Source: Tubiluchus corallicola (taxonomy: Eukaryota; Animalia; Priapulida). Taken from it: a stretch of DNA of 64,000 bases. Under the pieces are notes generated by a model that worked only from the letters and a program-made list of their open reading frames with translations, searched no databases and was not told the origin of the DNA. Of this stretch, positions 61,810-64,000 are shown piece by piece. How positions within the stretch are numbered: position 1 is the first letter of the stretch; every line of letters begins with the position of its first letter. The position numbers and the translations under genes are program-made. The stretch covers positions 358,840 to 422,839 of the forward strand of contig JAQGDQ010000186.1 of assembly GCA_030141605.1 (NCBI GenBank). Reading direction: 5' to 3'.

Positions 61810-64000
61810 TTTAGTTATTATCATTGTATGTTTTAATTTGTTGTCACTAAAGTATTGTATCTCTCTAAATTATGACTTAGTTGTTCATTGTCTGTGTGTA
61901 GTTCATTAGAACATGCATTTTGTTAATGATAATAGGAATATAATTATACAAAACTTTCGTCAAGGAGTCAGTGTAAAAATTCTGAAAACTTTCACCACAT
62001 CACTTGTTTTTGAACAGCAGACGTATTACTTTACTTACAGCTAACTCAGTAGCTACAGTGAATTAGCAAAGAGTATTAAGAATTATAATACTGCATTTAT
62101 TTAGAAGTGTTAAGTTATTTCATTAGAGTACTAAATTTCTATCCTCTGTTTATAGGGAAAGAACGTTAGAGATGTTCAACCATGCTTATAAATCTTATAT
62201 GGTAATATTTTTCAAATATAATTTTTTTTAAAGCATGTCCTTATATGTATTTAAGCAAACGAAACTTCTGCCAAAATATTTCTTACAGTTTGTATCATGC
62301 TGTTAACTGTTGTTTTCTGTGCACGTAGGCCTATTAAGTCAGCAGTTTTGAAATTACAAATGAAACGGAAAAAAAATTGCATAAATGTAGAAATAAGATG
62401 CGACACGTACTGTAAAGACAGATCTACGTGTGCAAACTTTTTGTGTCAATTCCCACACAGTCACAGACAGAATACCTGTGTAGATTGGAAAATATGATAA
62501 AGTTTTCCACATCACAAATTATATGTGCAAATTACAAACATTTTGTGTCTTACAAGCTGTGTGATCTTTTTTTGTGTCATGCCATTAGCTTGTAGAGTCA
62601 GCAATCCCCACATTAGGGTCATTTTGAAAAACATGAATTTCCTTTCATTTTTTTGTTTTGTGCAATGATTAATGGCAGCTACATAATTTTAAAAGGCTAC
62701 AAAAGTAGGATTGCTTTGGACATGCCAGCCAAGGCATGCACAGTGTAATGCAGTCCCAACAGATCTGTTAGTTCTCCATTTCTATAGGTTTAATTCCAGC
62801 TCATCTATAATATAAAAACATGAAGTGATTTTATTATTTAATCAGAATATAGTAAATCCTTGCTTAATGATCCTAATGCATTACAGTAAAATGTGTTGTT
62901 AAGTAAAATGTCGTTACATGAAAGCAAATTTTCCACACAGAATAATGTAAAAGCACTGAGATACGTTCTAGTCAATAATGATTACTTCATATAAATTAAA
63001 TGCTTTGCGAGTTTTATGTATACTCTTGCCGTTCAACTTTTTTCTAAGTTGACTTGAATGAACAAATATTGTTTTTATCTACACCTAGCCAGTGGTTTCT
63101 CTTTCAAGCTGTTTCAATGCAAGTGATGCATGTTGCAGCCTTGCTGCTGGTAGAGAAGTGGTTAACTTTACAGCTAAGTGAAAATTTAGTGGCACTAGGT
63201 ACTGGTTCCAGCTAGGTACTCTTTGCTCTAGCAACAAGCTGCAGGCAGATTTCCTTTGTAAAATGTCTGCACATCATTTTTAGCATCTTTAGCAGTTCAA
63301 ATCATAAAAACTTACAATCATGTCGGAGACAAAACGTAAAAAGTCATACAGTAGGGTATGAAGTTTTTACGTTACTTGCAGCTCTTTTGAAGGGAATAAT
63401 GCAAAGTACAGTGCTCCCTCGCTACTTCACAGTTTGTTTATCGTGGACACGCTGTTTCGCGGGTTTTCAAAAAATATTAATGTAAAATATTTATTGAGGT
63501 ATTTTCGCTGTTTTGCAGGTTTTTGCGGTACTCCGTCTAAAGTATTTTTGCACATGCTTAGTACTTACTGTAGAGTAATGTATAAATTTGATGAATATTC
63601 CATAAAAAATCACAAAATGTATAAAAATATATTAAATATATTAATTCTAACATTAAAAGAATATTATAAATCTTAAAAAATTACCATTCACAGTAAATAG
63701 TGTATTTATTCGGCGGATGAATACACACCAAAAACGAAATGTAGTACTTGCGCCCGCTTGAGATGGCTAAGTATAGCGTCCCTACTTCGCGGAAATTCAC
63801 TTATCGCGGGTGGGCCTGGAAAGGAACACCCGCGATAAGTGAGGGAATACTGTAATGCTTCATTTATTCAAATTAGATAAAAAAGTCGTTGTTACAGTAA
63901 AAAATTGTCATTAATATGATACATGCATCGTTAAGTGAAAAAAGGTGTCTAATGTTCAGCATCAATAAAATGAAACGTCACTAAGGAGTGTCGTTAAACA

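Larger units (their letters stand above)
59560..64000. repeat. Large inverted duplication: arms 59560-61077 and 62572-64000 (runs off the window), ~1.5-kb spacer
   Basis: The reverse complement of 62572-64000 aligns continuously to 59560-61077 with scattered substitutions and one 90-bp gap (60286-60375 absent from the right arm). Confidence 0.95.

Overview
AT-rich animal (probably invertebrate bilaterian) genomic DNA, not prokaryotic. It holds four conserved housekeeping genes in alternating orientation. These are the last four coding exons of GTPBP1 (+), a complete CSE1L/exportin-2 (-, only 2 coding exons, 970 aa), a complete GTF2H4/TFIIH p52 (+, 13 coding exons, 458 aa, one GC-AG intron) and SKIV2L/SKI2 helicase (-, 23 exons traced, about 1214 aa, 5' end uncertain). 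Introns and intergenic DNA are packed with non-autonomous hAT and Tc1/mariner (pogo/Tigger/Tc2) elements, several nested, plus a tRNA-derived SINE and LINE fragments. The window ends in an inverted duplication with arms of at least 1.4 kb. I see no demonstrably new biological system. The best leads are near-total intron loss in CSE1L, the GTF2H4-SKIV2L adjacency (both MHC-region genes in human), a palindrome of degenerate hammerhead-like motifs in the divergent promoter, a long hairpin between convergent 3' ends, a LINE fragment flanked by ~78-bp direct repeats, and the large inverted repeat. All alignments and identities were judged by eye against recalled sequences; no search was run.
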